Shown in pieces: positions 1 through 13,300 of a stretch of DNA of 64,000 nucleotides. The notes under the pieces are model-generated. The model ran no database searches, was not told the origin of the DNA, and saw only the letters and a list, made by a program, of their open reading frames with translations. Within the stretch, counting starts at the first letter, position 1, and each line of letters begins with the position of its first letter. Where the stretch lies: positions 1,364,001 through 1,428,000 of the forward strand of contig NW_025765559.1 in assembly GCF_003918875.1 (NCBI RefSeq), given 5' to 3'. The DNA is from Haliotis rubra (lineage: Eukaryota). The translations under genes were made by a program, and so were the position numbers.

Positions 1-124
1 ACTACCTGTTTACATGTCGGAACTCTCAAAACTCAAGAACAACTGTGTATTTTTATATTCAAGGATATGATGTTAAAACTACTTTATACGGTAACAGCGC
101 ATTGAATAACTTAACTAATAGTGA

Positions 125-470
125 TTACACAATGCCATTGAGAAAGTGGTCAAATGTAACATATGTTATATTTGGGATTACACTTTCTTAGTAAAGTACA
201 AATTCTAGTACTTTTTTAGTAAAGCCCCATCCGGGATTCGAACTCACACCCTCAGAGTCAGGCACCTAATCGCCTGCACACAAAGTCAGCCGCCTAACTT
301 CCACAAGGAAGTCGCGGTAGCTGAGCGGGTTAGGCGGCTGACTTTGTGTGCTGGCGATTAGGTGCCTGACTCTGAAGGTGTGAGTTCGAATCCCGGATGG
401 GGCTCAACTCAAAAAAGTACTAGAATTTGTACTTAACTAAGAAAGTGTAATCCAAAATATAACATATGTC
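125..470. mobile_element. Fold-back (inverted duplicate) tRNA-derived SINE insertion
   Basis: Arms of about 140 bp at 159-298 and 329-469 are reverse complements; A/B-box-like head (tagctgagcgg...gagttcgaatcc); direct repeat aactaatagtga at 113-124 and 471-482. Confidence 0.7.
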
Positions 471-819
471 AACTAATAGTGACATTCTTAACTCATTACA
501 CCAGTTCATTTCTAAAAGTAACCGCCTCCAGTAACTATCCCCTCAACATATATATTCAGTGTAAGACAAATTTTATATAACGTGATTTTCTGCGGCAGCC
601 CATTTCGTTGCTAGGCATAACCAACACTAGAACGAACATATTTGTTACTCAATCATATATTTGTTATTTGTATTATTCTTTTGTTGTCAAATTATTTCAT
701 TTATGTATCCAGCTATTAATTTTGAACAATGTACTGGAGCGGTGTTTATATAAGCCACTAGGCTTGTTCGCCTATCCAGGTTTCTGCTTTGGCGAAATAA
801 AAGTATGTTTAAACCAAAT

Positions 820-1069
820 GTGAGCGAGTGAGTGAGTTTAGTTTTACGCCGTACTCAGCAATATTCCAGCTATATGGTGGCGGTCTGAAAAAAATCGAGT
901 CTGGACCAGACAATCTAGTGATCAACAGCATGAACATCGATCTACACAATTGGGATACGATGACATGTGTCAACCAAGTCAGCAAGCCTTACCACCTGAT
1001 CCCGTTAGTAGCCTCTTATGACAAGCATGGGTTGCTGAAGATCAGTTCTAACTGGGGCCTTCACGGGTC
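820..1069 (-). mobile_element. SINE family A (GACCCGTGAAG head, (CTCA)n tail)
   Basis: About 245-bp interspersed repeat with 10 copies in the window. Confidence 0.85.
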
Positions 1070-1263
1070 TGTAATGAAATGTGAGTGAGTGAGGCAGTAC
1101 ACAACAACCACTCACTAGTCACAGCTGTGTCATGATTAGTAACTATGGTAATGTGGCATGAATATACTTCTGGTGTATATTTGTCTGTTACCGCGGTTGC
1201 CTGTATGTAAAACTGTATATCCAGTGCTTGTTGTATTCCTAATTTCTATGTCTACCATTTCAG

Positions 1264-1358
1264 AGCTGAAGGTCACAATGATCTTGCAGACCGACTAGTC
1301 GAGATTCAGTATGAACTGACGGATAGATTAGCTTTTTATGTGTGCGGAAAGAAACCAG
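1264..1358 (+). CDS. GIT2: GIT exon (AEGHNDLADRLVEIQYELTDRLAFYVCGKKP)
   Basis: tttcag acceptor, gtaagt donor; matches vertebrate GIT GHHELAERLVECQYELTDRLAFYLCGRKP. Confidence 0.93.
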
Positions 1359-4300
1359 GTAAGTTCCAAACTAAAATCTGAAACTAAATCTTATTTCATG
1401 CACTGTTCTGCTTCAGAAGTTATCAGTATTTATGAATTATGATGTATTTCTGTGCTGACTTGTGTTTGAAAACTGTGTGTCAATTCTTGACAGTTTTAAT
1501 TCATTGCTGAAACATGTTACCTTGAACTTTTGTAACTGAGGGGGAGTAACTCTGTCCTGGAAGCTCACTGTTCACCCAATAGTTTAGTGTCAGTAATTTG
1601 TGTGTTCTTGTATGTCTAGCTCCCATCAAGACTTAGAAATTTGAATGTAGTAAAGACAAAATTATTTTCTGTTTGTAACTTACGCTGATGCAGATGGTCT
1701 ATTCCCATTCCTAGTCATTGTTAGAATAGGCCCCACATGAATTATGAGTTAGTGAGGTGGCTAAATTTACTAGGTGGTATTTATGGTGTTTTTAATTTCA
1801 TTTGTACCCACTGTCTCGTTTAGACCATGCTGTTGAGTAGTTTGAATATTGCTAAGGTGACATTAAACATCTACAGCAAGAATGAAAGTAAATGCTGATG
1901 GCTAGAGAAAAATGTTCATGGTAACCTGTCTCCTTCTCCATATCTCCTTCTCCGTGTCACTCCCTGTCTCCTCTCCATATCTCCTTTCTCCATGTCTCTC
2001 TGTATCCTTCTCTCCTCTCTTCTCCATATATCTCTCTTCTCCTCCTTGTCCATCTCCTTCTCCAGTGTCACTCCCTTCTCCATATCCCTCCTTCTCCGTG
2101 ACACTCTCCTGTCTCATCTGTCCTTCTCCATGTCACTCCTTCTCCCCTATCCTCTCTCTCCAGTTGTCCATTCTCCATGTCCATATCACTCCTTCTCAGT
2201 GTCACTCTCTCCTCTGTCACTGTCTTCTCCTCACTCTTTCTCCATGTCCTCTCTGTCTCCATCTCTCAGTTCTCCTTCTCACTCTTCCATCTGTCCTTCT
2301 CATGTCACTTCTCTCCTCCGTGTCCTCCTATCCTCCTTATCTCTCCTTCTCCATGTCCTTCTCATATCACTCCTCTCCTATCCAGTCTCCATATCACTTC
2401 CTTCTTCTCATATCATCCTTCTCCATAATTCCTCCTTCTCTGTCATCATCTTCTCTCTCAGTATCCTCCCTTCTCCATCATCTCCTCAGTATCTCCCCTT
2501 CTCCATATCACTCTCCTTCTCTATATCATTTCAGTCTCCATATCCTCCTTCTCCATATCCTCTCTTCTCCATGTCACTCCCTTCTCCATGTCCTCTCTCT
2601 CCTCCATTTCACTCCTTCTCATTATCCTTCTCTCCTCTGTGTTACTCCTTCTCCATATCACTCTCTTCTCCATGTCATTCTCTTCTCCATCTCACTTCGG
2701 CTTCTTCCATATCCTTCCTTCTCTCTATGTCTTCGGTCTCCATATCACTCCTCTCTCACTCTCTTCTCCTCCTCCTTCTCCATATCATGTCCTCTTCTCC
2801 ATATCACTCTCTTCTCCATATCACTTCATTCCAGTCTCCACACCCTTTTCAGTATCCTCTCTCCTCTGTGTCCTAGCTTCTCCATATCACTCCCTTCTCC
2901 ATATCACTCCCTTCTCCATATCCCTCTCTTCTCCGTATCACTCGCTTCTCCATATCTCTCCCTTCTCTATATCACTTCAGTCTCCATTTCACTCCCTTCT
3001 CAGTATCACTCTCTCCTCTGTATCACTCCCTTCTCCATATCACTCCCTTCTCCATATCACTCTCTTCTCCGTATCAATCGCTTCTCCATATCACTTCCTT
3101 CTCTATATCATTTCAGTCTCCATATCACTCCCTTCTCAGTATCACTCTCTCCTCTGTATCACTCCCTTCTCCATATCACTCCCTTCTCCATATCACTCTC
3201 TTCTCCATATCACTCTCTTCTCCATATCACTTCCTTCTCTATATCACTTCAGTCTCCATATCCACTCCCATATTCTCAGTATCCCATCTCTCCTCTGTAT
3301 CACTCCCTTCTCCATATCCTTCTCCCTTCTCCATATCATCACTTCTCTTCTCGTGTATCAATCGCTTCTCCATATCACTTCCTTCTCTATATCATTTCAG
3401 TCTCCATATCACTCCCTTCTCAGTATCACTCTCTCCTCTGTATCACTCCCTTCTCCATATCACTCTCTCCTCTGTATCACTCCCTTCTCCATATCACTCT
3501 CTTCTCCATATCACTCTCTTCTTCATATCACTCTCTTCTCCATATCACTCCCTTCTCCATATCACTGCTTTATCACTTCCTTCTCCATATCATGTTTGAA
3601 TTGACTGTTAAATGTATTCTCTGTTGTTTGGTTACCATTCCAAAGATAGCAGCTTAAAGCAGTAATTGTCTAATATGTATGTCATAGTTGTGACACACAC
3701 ACACACCCCTTTACAAATCTTTAACATTCTTTGTGTAATATAATTTTTTTAAACTTATCCTATCTCACGACTTGCACCTCTCTCTCTTGCTTCAACTTTT
3801 AGTGGAACGACTGTAAACTTTTTTCCATAGGCCTCCTTGTCCATTCGTCCGTGCACTCCATACTGCTCTCCTTAATTAGCTTCCTAGTTCCTAATAAAGC
3901 TTGCAGCATGCTCCACTAATTGCCCACGTGACTACCTTGAATGATCATTCTCTTTCTTGTCGCACGACTGTGTTGACGTGCTGTATATTAGGGACATTAT
4001 TTCACCCTAACATCATGGGGATAATCAGTCAAGAAAAGGAAAGTTTGTGCTCAATGCAAGACGAATTATTCGTCCCTCGGCCATCACTCGTCTTGCAGTG
4101 ACTGTATTGGACAATGTAACTGGAACAAACGATGTGGCAAGTGTAATTCACTAAAAGATGAGGATTTAAAGGCCTACCTTCATGTTTGCCCCCGGAGAAT
4201 CGCGGATACGGACAGGAAGTCAACAGAATCTGATCCCACTCCCGCCAAGCGTATCAAGTTACAGCGACAGAAAATCGTACCTTCACGCAAGAGAGCGACG

Positions 4301-7300
4301 TCTGTGGTTCAAGAGGATTTTATGGATGCCTCATCAGATTCTTACTTATCTGAGTACGTTCGGCACCTATTACGTACACATCAATCAACTCCTTCCATAG
4401 TGTCAGATTACTCGCGGGTGGTTGTAATCAATAATTCTTCGTTGCCTGTCCCATCTACACTACCAGGGGACCTTAGATCAACAGTATCATCATCCAGATC
4501 ATCAGTACATATCCCATCGACTGTCTCAGTTTGTTTGGAGCCTGGCCAACTGCGTTCAACCAGCCAACTGTCTCCCCACAGTTCATTGAACTGGACGGAG
4601 CTGGCTACAACAGCATCGCCGGGGGACGTTCATCATGAATCAACACTTCAGGTTTCGTCACCTAATCGCCGATCCAGATCACCACATCTTTCTAGATCAC
4701 CACAACGATCTAGATCACCTTCACGATCCAGATCACCATCACAAGCCCTATCTAGATCACTGTGCCGATTAAGATCACCGGATCAATCCAGATCACAGTC
4801 ATGATCCAGAGCACAACTATGATCCACATCACCTAACCGATCCAGATCACCAAACGGGTCTAGCTCACAACTTCGAATCAGATCACCGGACAGATCCAGA
4901 TCACCTAGCCGATCCAGATCACCGAACCGATCCAGATCACAACATCGAAGTAGATCATCGGACCGATCCAGATCACCTAATCGATCCAGATCACAACATC
5001 GAAGTAGATCATTGGACCGATCCAGATCACCTAATCGATCCAGATCACCGAATGGATCCAGATCACAACTTCGAATCAGATCACCAGACCGATCTAGGTC
5101 ACCTCCGATCCAGATCACAACATCGATGTAGATCGCCAGACCAATCCAGATCACCGAACCGATCCAGATCACAACATCAAAGTAGATTACCTAACTGATC
5201 CAGATCACCAAATCAAGCCAGATCGCAACTGCAAACCAGATCACCTGTTCGATCCAAATCACCTTATAGATCCAGATCACGATCACAGTTTCCAGTTAGT
5301 GCATCGAATCGATCCAGATCACTTTACAAATCCAGATCATCTTACCAACCCAGGTCACCTATACGATCTAGATCACCTTACAGAGCCATTGACCAATCGG
5401 GATCACAGTACAGATCCTCATCTCATGGCCGATCCTATTCAGATGGTCGAACCAGAGCTCCATTCAGAACCAGATCACCAACTAGAACTACAGTGACCCG
5501 GATTAGTTGTTCATATCATACCGGATCACCTAGCCATACTAGGGAATCCAGATCACCAGCTTACCAACCTACTTCGGTACTTACCACGTCAAGATCTCGA
5601 TACAGATCCTCTCACCGACGTTCGGGTGATCATTGTTCTGATACCACTAATAGGCCTACAGTCTCTTAAGATGTTCCGCCTACACGCTCTGAGAATCCTT
5701 CGACTCACTCTAGAATCATCGCTGAGTCATGGGAACCTGATAGCAATCCCACTCCTACAGCGACTCCGCATCTAAATATGATGATCAGGGCCATAACCTC
5801 AGCCTGGAGCCAAATACAGCCTTCTACTCCAGCCCATCCGGCTTTGGTAGCTCCTGGCTCTTCATCTGGTCCACCTCCTGAGATTGATCCAGTCCAAATT
5901 GCCATGCCTGCATCTCCCGCTCACTCTGAGTTATCTAGCCCTGGGGGTAGCTTTGCAGCAGTTGAGACACCTCAGGTACTCCTTTGGATTGTTGAGAAGC
6001 TCCATCTTCCCTTGAGTACTTCAGCAGATGAGCTGGATCACTCTTATACTCTTAAGAACTGGGATTGGTCTACCATCACCCTACCACCTCGACCTTGTAT
6101 TCTGAAATTATCCAGTACACTAAATGATGGTTTCAAGAGCCTGAAACAAATTAAGGACGGATTCTCTGCTCCCAGATATAATCCTTCTACCTCTCATGTC
6201 CACGGCCAAACAAAAATCTCTACGGCTCCAATAGTTGATGAGGATATTGGAACCCTGTGTGGCAAACGAGCTGCTTCGCCCTACCTTATTGAGGACCGAG
6301 AGTTAGCTCACATGGATTCAGCCATCTATTAGTTGCGTGATTGCAGCAGTCGACATTGTTAACACTGCTCTGGAGCATACTTACTCTCATCAAGACGCTT
6401 ACATCCGAGGATACATGATTTTATCTCTGGTCCAGTTCTAAATTATCCTGAATCAGTTGTCTCATTTTTTGGGCTTCACTCTTGCTGTTCGCCGACATGG
6501 ACCCCTTAACATCTCTTCATGGGAGGAGTGATTTAAAACAGAACTGTTTTGCCAGCCATGGTTTACAGACTCCCTCTTCAATGGTAGCATCCAAGAAGTA
6601 TCTAATAAAGTTGATAAAGAAACCCACTTTCAAGTCTCGATTGAACTGTTAGAGATACAGAAGTCACAGCTCCAGGACTCATTAAAACAGCGTCGAACTG
6701 CACAGTTCACCCCCTACCAATCCGGATTTACGCAATCTTTTTCGTGGCGCATCCACTCAAGGCCGTGACAGAGGAAACAGATCTGGACGTGGTGGTTCCT
6801 CCCGTTAACCCCCCCAGGACCAACTCTGGCCCAGGGACCAGCGCCGGGAAGCAGTGACGGCTTGAGACAATCGCACGACTGGGACCTCCCGCCTCCAGTC
6901 GTTCCGATTTACAACACTCCGGTAGGCGGAACCTGTGGACCAGCTTCAGACTCTGCAATCCACAATAGGTACGCTATTAGACAAACTCGCGATAGAGCTC
7001 CTAGGTCCATTGCCCGTCACTCCAGGATTCTACTCCCCCATCTTCTTGGTTCCAAAGAAACATTCCAACAAACTCGGCTCATCTTCAATATGAACTTGTT
7101 CAATGCCCGATTCCTGCTTCCACCGCCCTCACTTCAGGATGGTGTCGATCAACCATTTACGCACCATCCTGAAGAAGGGAGACTTCCTCATCAGCCTAGA
7201 TCTTCAGGATGCTTATCTTCATGATCGGATACATCTAGAACACCGGAAGTACCTTCGCTCGTGTTCAATGGGAATCACTACCAATGGAAAGGCCCCGTGG

Positions 7301-10300
7301 CTTTTTACCCGAATTACCAAGCCCTCCACTTTCAAGGGATCACCTTCGAAAGCTACATAGACGATTGCATCCAGGCTGAACAGGATCTGATCGTATTGCT
7401 TCGCCAGCTACAGTTCACCACCAAGCTGCTCAGACAGGTAGGGTGGCTGTTGAACATCGCGAAATCAGAGCTAATACTGACTCAGAAACTCCAATTCATC
7501 GGAGCACTGTTCGACACTCGTCAGGGGATGATGTTCATCCCTCACGACAGGTGGATAAAGACTCAGCTATGCATTCCTCCAGCACTGTCTCAGGCGAGAA
7601 CCTTACGACAGTGGCAGGAGCTACTGGGCCTTCTGACGTCAGCTCAAGCCTTAACGTACAGAGGCCAGCTCCAACTTTGGCTGATACAGCCATTTTTACG
7701 CCCATACCTTCAGGCCGACAACCCCAAGGAACTAATTTGCCTTCCAGAACCGCTTCGTCCAGTCCTTCAATGGTGGCTCGACGAACGGAATGTTTGCGCC
7801 GGAGTCTCTATGATGCCCTTTGCACCGACTCATCACCTATTCGTCGATGCATCCCTCATGGGTTGGGGAGCTCACTTCCTCGACCACCAAGTGGCCGGGC
7901 TGTGGTCATCCGACGAACGGGTACTTCATATAAACGAGCTGGAATTCAAGGCGGTAATTCAAGCCATCTCACATTGGGCAACAGAGCTTCAATCAGCCAG
8001 TCTGTTGATCCAATCAGACAATTCGACAGTGGTTTGGTATATAAATCATCTAGGCTCGACAGGCTCGGCGAATCTGCTACAATGGGTGATCAGGTTCTTC
8101 CATCTCATCGACTCACTCAACATCGTAGCCAGAGCCAGACACATTCCCGGGGTAAAAATGTGATTGCTGATGCCTTGTCCCGATCCAACCGACCGTCCCC
8201 GACAGAGTGGAAGTTACTGCCCCAAATCTTTCAGCCGATGATCTACCCATTGTCACAGACTCAAATAGATCTGTTCGCCACAAGGTTCAACAACCAACTT
8301 CCAAAGTTCCTATCACCAATCCCAGACTCCTTGGCGTGGGAACTCGACGCGTTGGCAATATCATGGGAGTGTCTCAATGCCTACGCGTTCCCCCCTCCAG
8401 CTCCACTACCAAAAGTAATACAGAAACTATTGGCCACCAGCAACATACTACTGCTTTTGGTCGCACCCTTCTGGCCAGCGAGAAGTTGGTTCGACAATCT
8501 ATGAAGCCTGGCAGAGCCAAACCCAGTACCGCTTCCCAACCAGGACGACCTACTTCTTCACCCTCACTCGGAACTGCGCCATGGGTCACCTCAAACCCTC
8601 AATCTACACGTTTGGTGCATCTTCAGAGGTCTCTCATAGCTAAGGGCTCCTCTCGCCGAGTAGCCACAGCTATCACTTCAGCGCATCGTACTTCAACCTG
8701 TTCCTTGTACGACAACAAGGTGGAAGAAGTTTGAAGACTATTGCAAGGTTAGGGGAATTGCATCTCCCTCTTCCACCTTGGCTCAGGTCGTTGCTGAGTT
8801 TCTCCAGCATCTCCGCACTACTAAGAAATTCAAGGGTACTACGTTAGCTACCTACTTAGCTGCCATCAACTCGGTTTTGGCTACCACCACGGGCACGAAT
8901 ATTTCCACTGTTCCTGAGTTGCAGAGTCTACTACGCTCCTATAGACTCTCTGACCAGTCCAGGAAGTTCAGACCTCCGGCCTGGGATCTGTCAGTCGTCC
9001 TTCGTCATATGATTTCTACAGATTATGAACCTTTAGAAAACAAGGACTTCCGAACAAGTGACATTCAAGACATTCTTCCTGGTAGCTTTGGCTACCACTG
9101 CTCTGAACTGCATGCGCTTGATGTCAATCGGGTGCTGTTCGAGCGGAAGAAGCATGGCAAGGCTTTCCTGGGTCTCCGCTGGGACTTCATTGCGAAAAAC
9201 CAACTGCCAGGGCAACCGGACCGGATGTTTACCATTCCCCCGTTGTCCACCATTCTTGGGCCTGATGATAATGAAGATTTGACACTCTGCCCTGTTAGGG
9301 CTCTACACCTTTACCTTGCTGCCTCCAAGGATCATTGATGGCTACGGAAGCACCTCTTTATACCTTTGTCGACCGCTTCAAGAACTGAGGTTTCCCGGAC
9401 CACATTGGCCTTCTGGATGCTTGCCACGATCCTGCACTAGCCTCGGTGATGGCCCTCCATAGCAACTGCTCCTTGACCGCTATCATGGAAGGTTGCTTCT
9501 GGCATTCTGATACAGTCTTCTCTTCACATTACCTGCGAGACCTGTCTGTCACGGATGGCCAGGGACTACACCAGTTCGGACCTCTTGTACTAGCTCAGCA
9601 GCTTACATCGGCCCAACAACACAGATGAGGGACGGTTCTGCATTCGGGTTACTACTTCCTTGTATATACTGAATAAAAGTTGAACTGGATCTCAACCTTT
9701 TGTTCTCATTATATGGGTTTAAGAACTACTTCACTTGGCTTCCATACCAAGGCATCGGAATACGGCCACCTAGCGTGGCCCTAAGGACCTGAGGCACAAT
9801 CAGTATGACGATGCAGAGGTGTTCGACATTCACCCTTACTGACCTCTACTCCACGGAGCAATTACGTCAGTGAAGTGTGATTCTCCCGAATTCCAGTGGA
9901 TTTCGTTGCATTCTGCCTCCAAAGTTGCCGGGCACATCCTTTGACTAAGCTTAGGCAAAGGAGTGAGGGTCAATTTGATGCTGCCCGGAACTGAACGATT
10001 AACCTTGGAGATGCCGAGTTGTGTTTCTCTTTCACCCGCCTCGGTCGGTGTCTGGGGGGCCTTCTTGAAGCAGGGGCTGGCCCGATTCTAGTAGCACGAC
10101 TTTAATTACGGGGGTACCTTGTAAATCGTGGCGAGGCGAGGCTTACTTGCCAAGTTGCGTCCCTTGTCTTGTACAAGGTTGCGGCCTAACACCACATCGC
10201 TCAGGAGCACCCATCTCCTTGGGAGTCGTTGTGCTTAGTAAGCCAAGGGGTTCCGGAGAACCCACTACAAGCATAGGAGTTGTGTGCATGCGTAACAGGC

Positions 10301-13300
10301 CTCCCTTGTACATCGCTATCTACGGTTGTCATCAGTCCACACAGCTCCAAGACCAGCTATTGGCACTCTCCAGACAGAAGGGTAATCTGCGGCCCGCCGT
10401 CCAACCGTGGGATAAGTGCAAGTCGCGATGGATGCCCGCCCGGCCTCCCCACTACTCAGATTACAACGTTGGCTCCAAGATGAGAATGATCATTTAAGGG
10501 AGTCATGTGGGCAATTAGTGGAGCATGCTGCAAGCTTTATTAGGAACTAGGAAGCTAATAAAGGAGAGCAGCATGAGTGCACGGGCGAATGGACAAGGAG
10601 GCCTATGGCAAAAAGTTTACAGTCGTTCCACTAAAAGTCGAAGCAAGAGAGAGAGGTGCAAGTCGTGAGATAGGATAAGTATATAAATATACAATTTATA
10701 TTAAAATTTCCAAACTTGTTCAGATATAGCTCACTGATGCAAACGTTATTTCATAGGCACGATAAGAAACTATACAACTTGTTGTTTTCTCCTGCAGTTT
10801 GGCTGGCGACGCATGACAACACAACATTACTAAGTGACAGACAAACTGTGCCATTTCTACCTGTGAACCCTGACCTCTCCACAACACGAAATCAGGTCAG
10901 TGCTTGATCCCATTCTTTTGCATATGGCTGAAATGCTTCTGTGACATATTTGACTCACTCAGTTGGTGTTAAGTTTTATTTTCAACAAATTGCTGTAAGT
11001 TTAATTGATGATCAAGCTCGACAGAAGTCGTGGTCCCAAGTGTTTCCTTTTTTGTCGATAGTGTTGGAACACATGGAAGTTTTTTACAAGGTTCAGCACT
11101 ATAATGTACTTGCTTTGTTGGACCCGTGAAGATCCTGGTTAGAATTGGTCTTCAGTAACCCAAGCTTGTTGTAAGAGGCAACTAATGGGATCGGGTGGCC
11201 AGGCTCGCTGACTTGGTTAACACATGTCATCTATCCAAAATGCGTAGATCGATGCTCATGTTGTTGATTACTGGATTTTCTAGTCCAGACTCGATTATTT
11301 ACAGACCACCGCCATATAGCTGGAATACAGCTGAGTGTGACTTTAATCAACAATCCAACCATCTTCGTTTTGTTGAACATGAATTAGTTGCTACTTATAT
11401 TTGTGACTATCGATATTTTATCCCATAAGGCCTGTGTGTACAGTGTGTAGTCAACAGACATTCCTGATATTCTGGAGACAAGAACTAGTTTTCTGTTACA
11501 GGAGCTAGCCAGCAGGGCCTAGTGACTCTTCATACTACCAGTCCTTCAGTTCTTTGTCTGACATGGGCTGGTGTGCTTGCATTCATTCTAATAGAAGTTA
11601 TCTGTTCTTTCCAGGGAAGACAAAAACTAGCTCGTTTCAATGCCAGGGAGTTTGCCACGTTGATCATAGACATCTTGAATGATGCTCGGCGGAGACAGAC
11701 AGGAATTGCCTCCCCTGTTCACACTCCCAAAGAACCAGGTAAGCATATGTGTTGTGAACTAACATACAGTTGATAACTGGAGGGGCGATATCAGTTCCCA
11801 GTCCCTTTGCAGATTGTACACGCTATGTCAAGGGGGTCTGGTCATGTGACCTGGATGACACAGTGTTGTCCCAATCCAGCAGCATTGACCATTGCTGGTG
11901 GTGTTAACCCTGGGTTTATCTGTCACAGGTGTTTCTGTGGCATTTTGATATAGCTGGACTATTGAAGAAGATTGTGGAATAACACGTCAGTATCTGAATG
12001 TACATAATTTTTAAACTTATCTCACGGCTTACACCTGTCTCTCTTGCTTCGACACTGAGTGGAATGACTGTAAATGACTTTTTCCCTTGGCCTGTCTTGT
12101 CCCATCGCGTGTGTATTCCGTGCTGCTCTCGCTAATGGACTACTTATCACAATCCATGCGAGGCATGCAGCACGCTCCCCACGTGACCACTGCTCACACA
12201 TCATTCTAATTCTCGGAGCCGTCAGACTATTCTGAGTAGTGGGGAGGTTGGGCATTGCATTATTATAATTCAGGGCATACATGTGATTTACCACATTTAT
12301 GCCCAGAATTGTGATAATTCACTTGTATTCTCTCAACTAAAATAATGCACACACATGCCCAATAAAATAAAATAATGCACAATGATACCCTGAATCATAA
12401 TAACACACACAAATACATGTAATATACTATGATCTGTAATCATTCACATTCATGCCCTTCAATGTTGTAAGGAAAACTTATGCCCTGCACTGGAATCATG
12501 AACAATTATGCCCTGAATTATAACAATGATCACATATGCTTTGAATTTATAACCATACACACTTACGCCCGATTACTGTACACACTTTCCCCTGAACTGT
12601 AATTATGTCAATATATGCCAGGAATCGGTATAGTGAACTGTAATAATGCACACTTGTACCCAGAACTGCGGAAAAATCACATTTATGCCCTGAAGTATAA
12701 TAATGCACTCTCAGGTCCATGATTGTGGTAAATTGCATGTTAATGCAGTGTTCGTGAATGGTGTTTCACAGTAACAGGACATTGGGTCCTGTAAGCTTCA
12801 GATGTCTGTCTGACCCGTTGAAAATTCACAGGACCCAAAGAATAAAATTAAACACACATTTCAGATTTAACATTTCTTATAATTGGCATTGAAATTATTA
12901 ACAAACATAAGATTTATAAACAGCAAACAAGTGTCACATGTCACTTATAACAACTTCAGTCAAAGTCATCGTGAAATATACAGTCAGACACTGGGGCCGA
13001 TGGGTTGTACAGTTCTATCAGACCTTTGCCGAATCTGCCGGATTTGTCAGAGGGTCAGACACTATTCATGAACACTGTTAATGATGTACACTTGTGCCCT
13101 GAACTATTCTTGTACCTACTTATAGTATAACCATAGCAAAGCACATCTATTTTCCCTTAATCCATACCAAATGAACCCTTTAACATATGGATTAGAATTC
13201 ATCTTCAGCAACCCATGCTTGTCCTAAGAAACAACTGAAGGGATTAAGGCTCGCTGCCTTTGTTGACACGTCATGTTATCCCAATTACGTAGATTGATGC

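Larger units (their letters stand above)
3740..10709 (+). mobile_element. DIRS-type tyrosine-recombinase retrotransposon, near full length, decayed
   Basis: About 200-bp inverted terminal repeats (3753-3952 and 10482-10680) enclose gag-like, RT, RNase H, methyltransferase and tyrosine recombinase segments with frameshifts and stops. Confidence 0.93.

Noticed and set aside
311-403. tRNA gene
   Set aside because: Has A/B boxes but no closing acceptor stem, and runs into a SINE body; the same applies to family B and C heads
828-1088. Recurrent short ORFs (LLITGLSGPDSIIYRPPPYSWN and reverse)
   Set aside because: Translations of SINE family A copies
1902-3657. Long ORFs of 581, 338 and 294 aa
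   Set aside because: Translations of the G-poor CT minisatellite, which lacks stop codons by composition; intronic, with no domain content
7443-8150. N-terminal part of the 353-aa ORF as a separate gene
   Set aside because: Alternative frame overlapping the DIRS RT/RNase H; only its last about 115 aa continue pol
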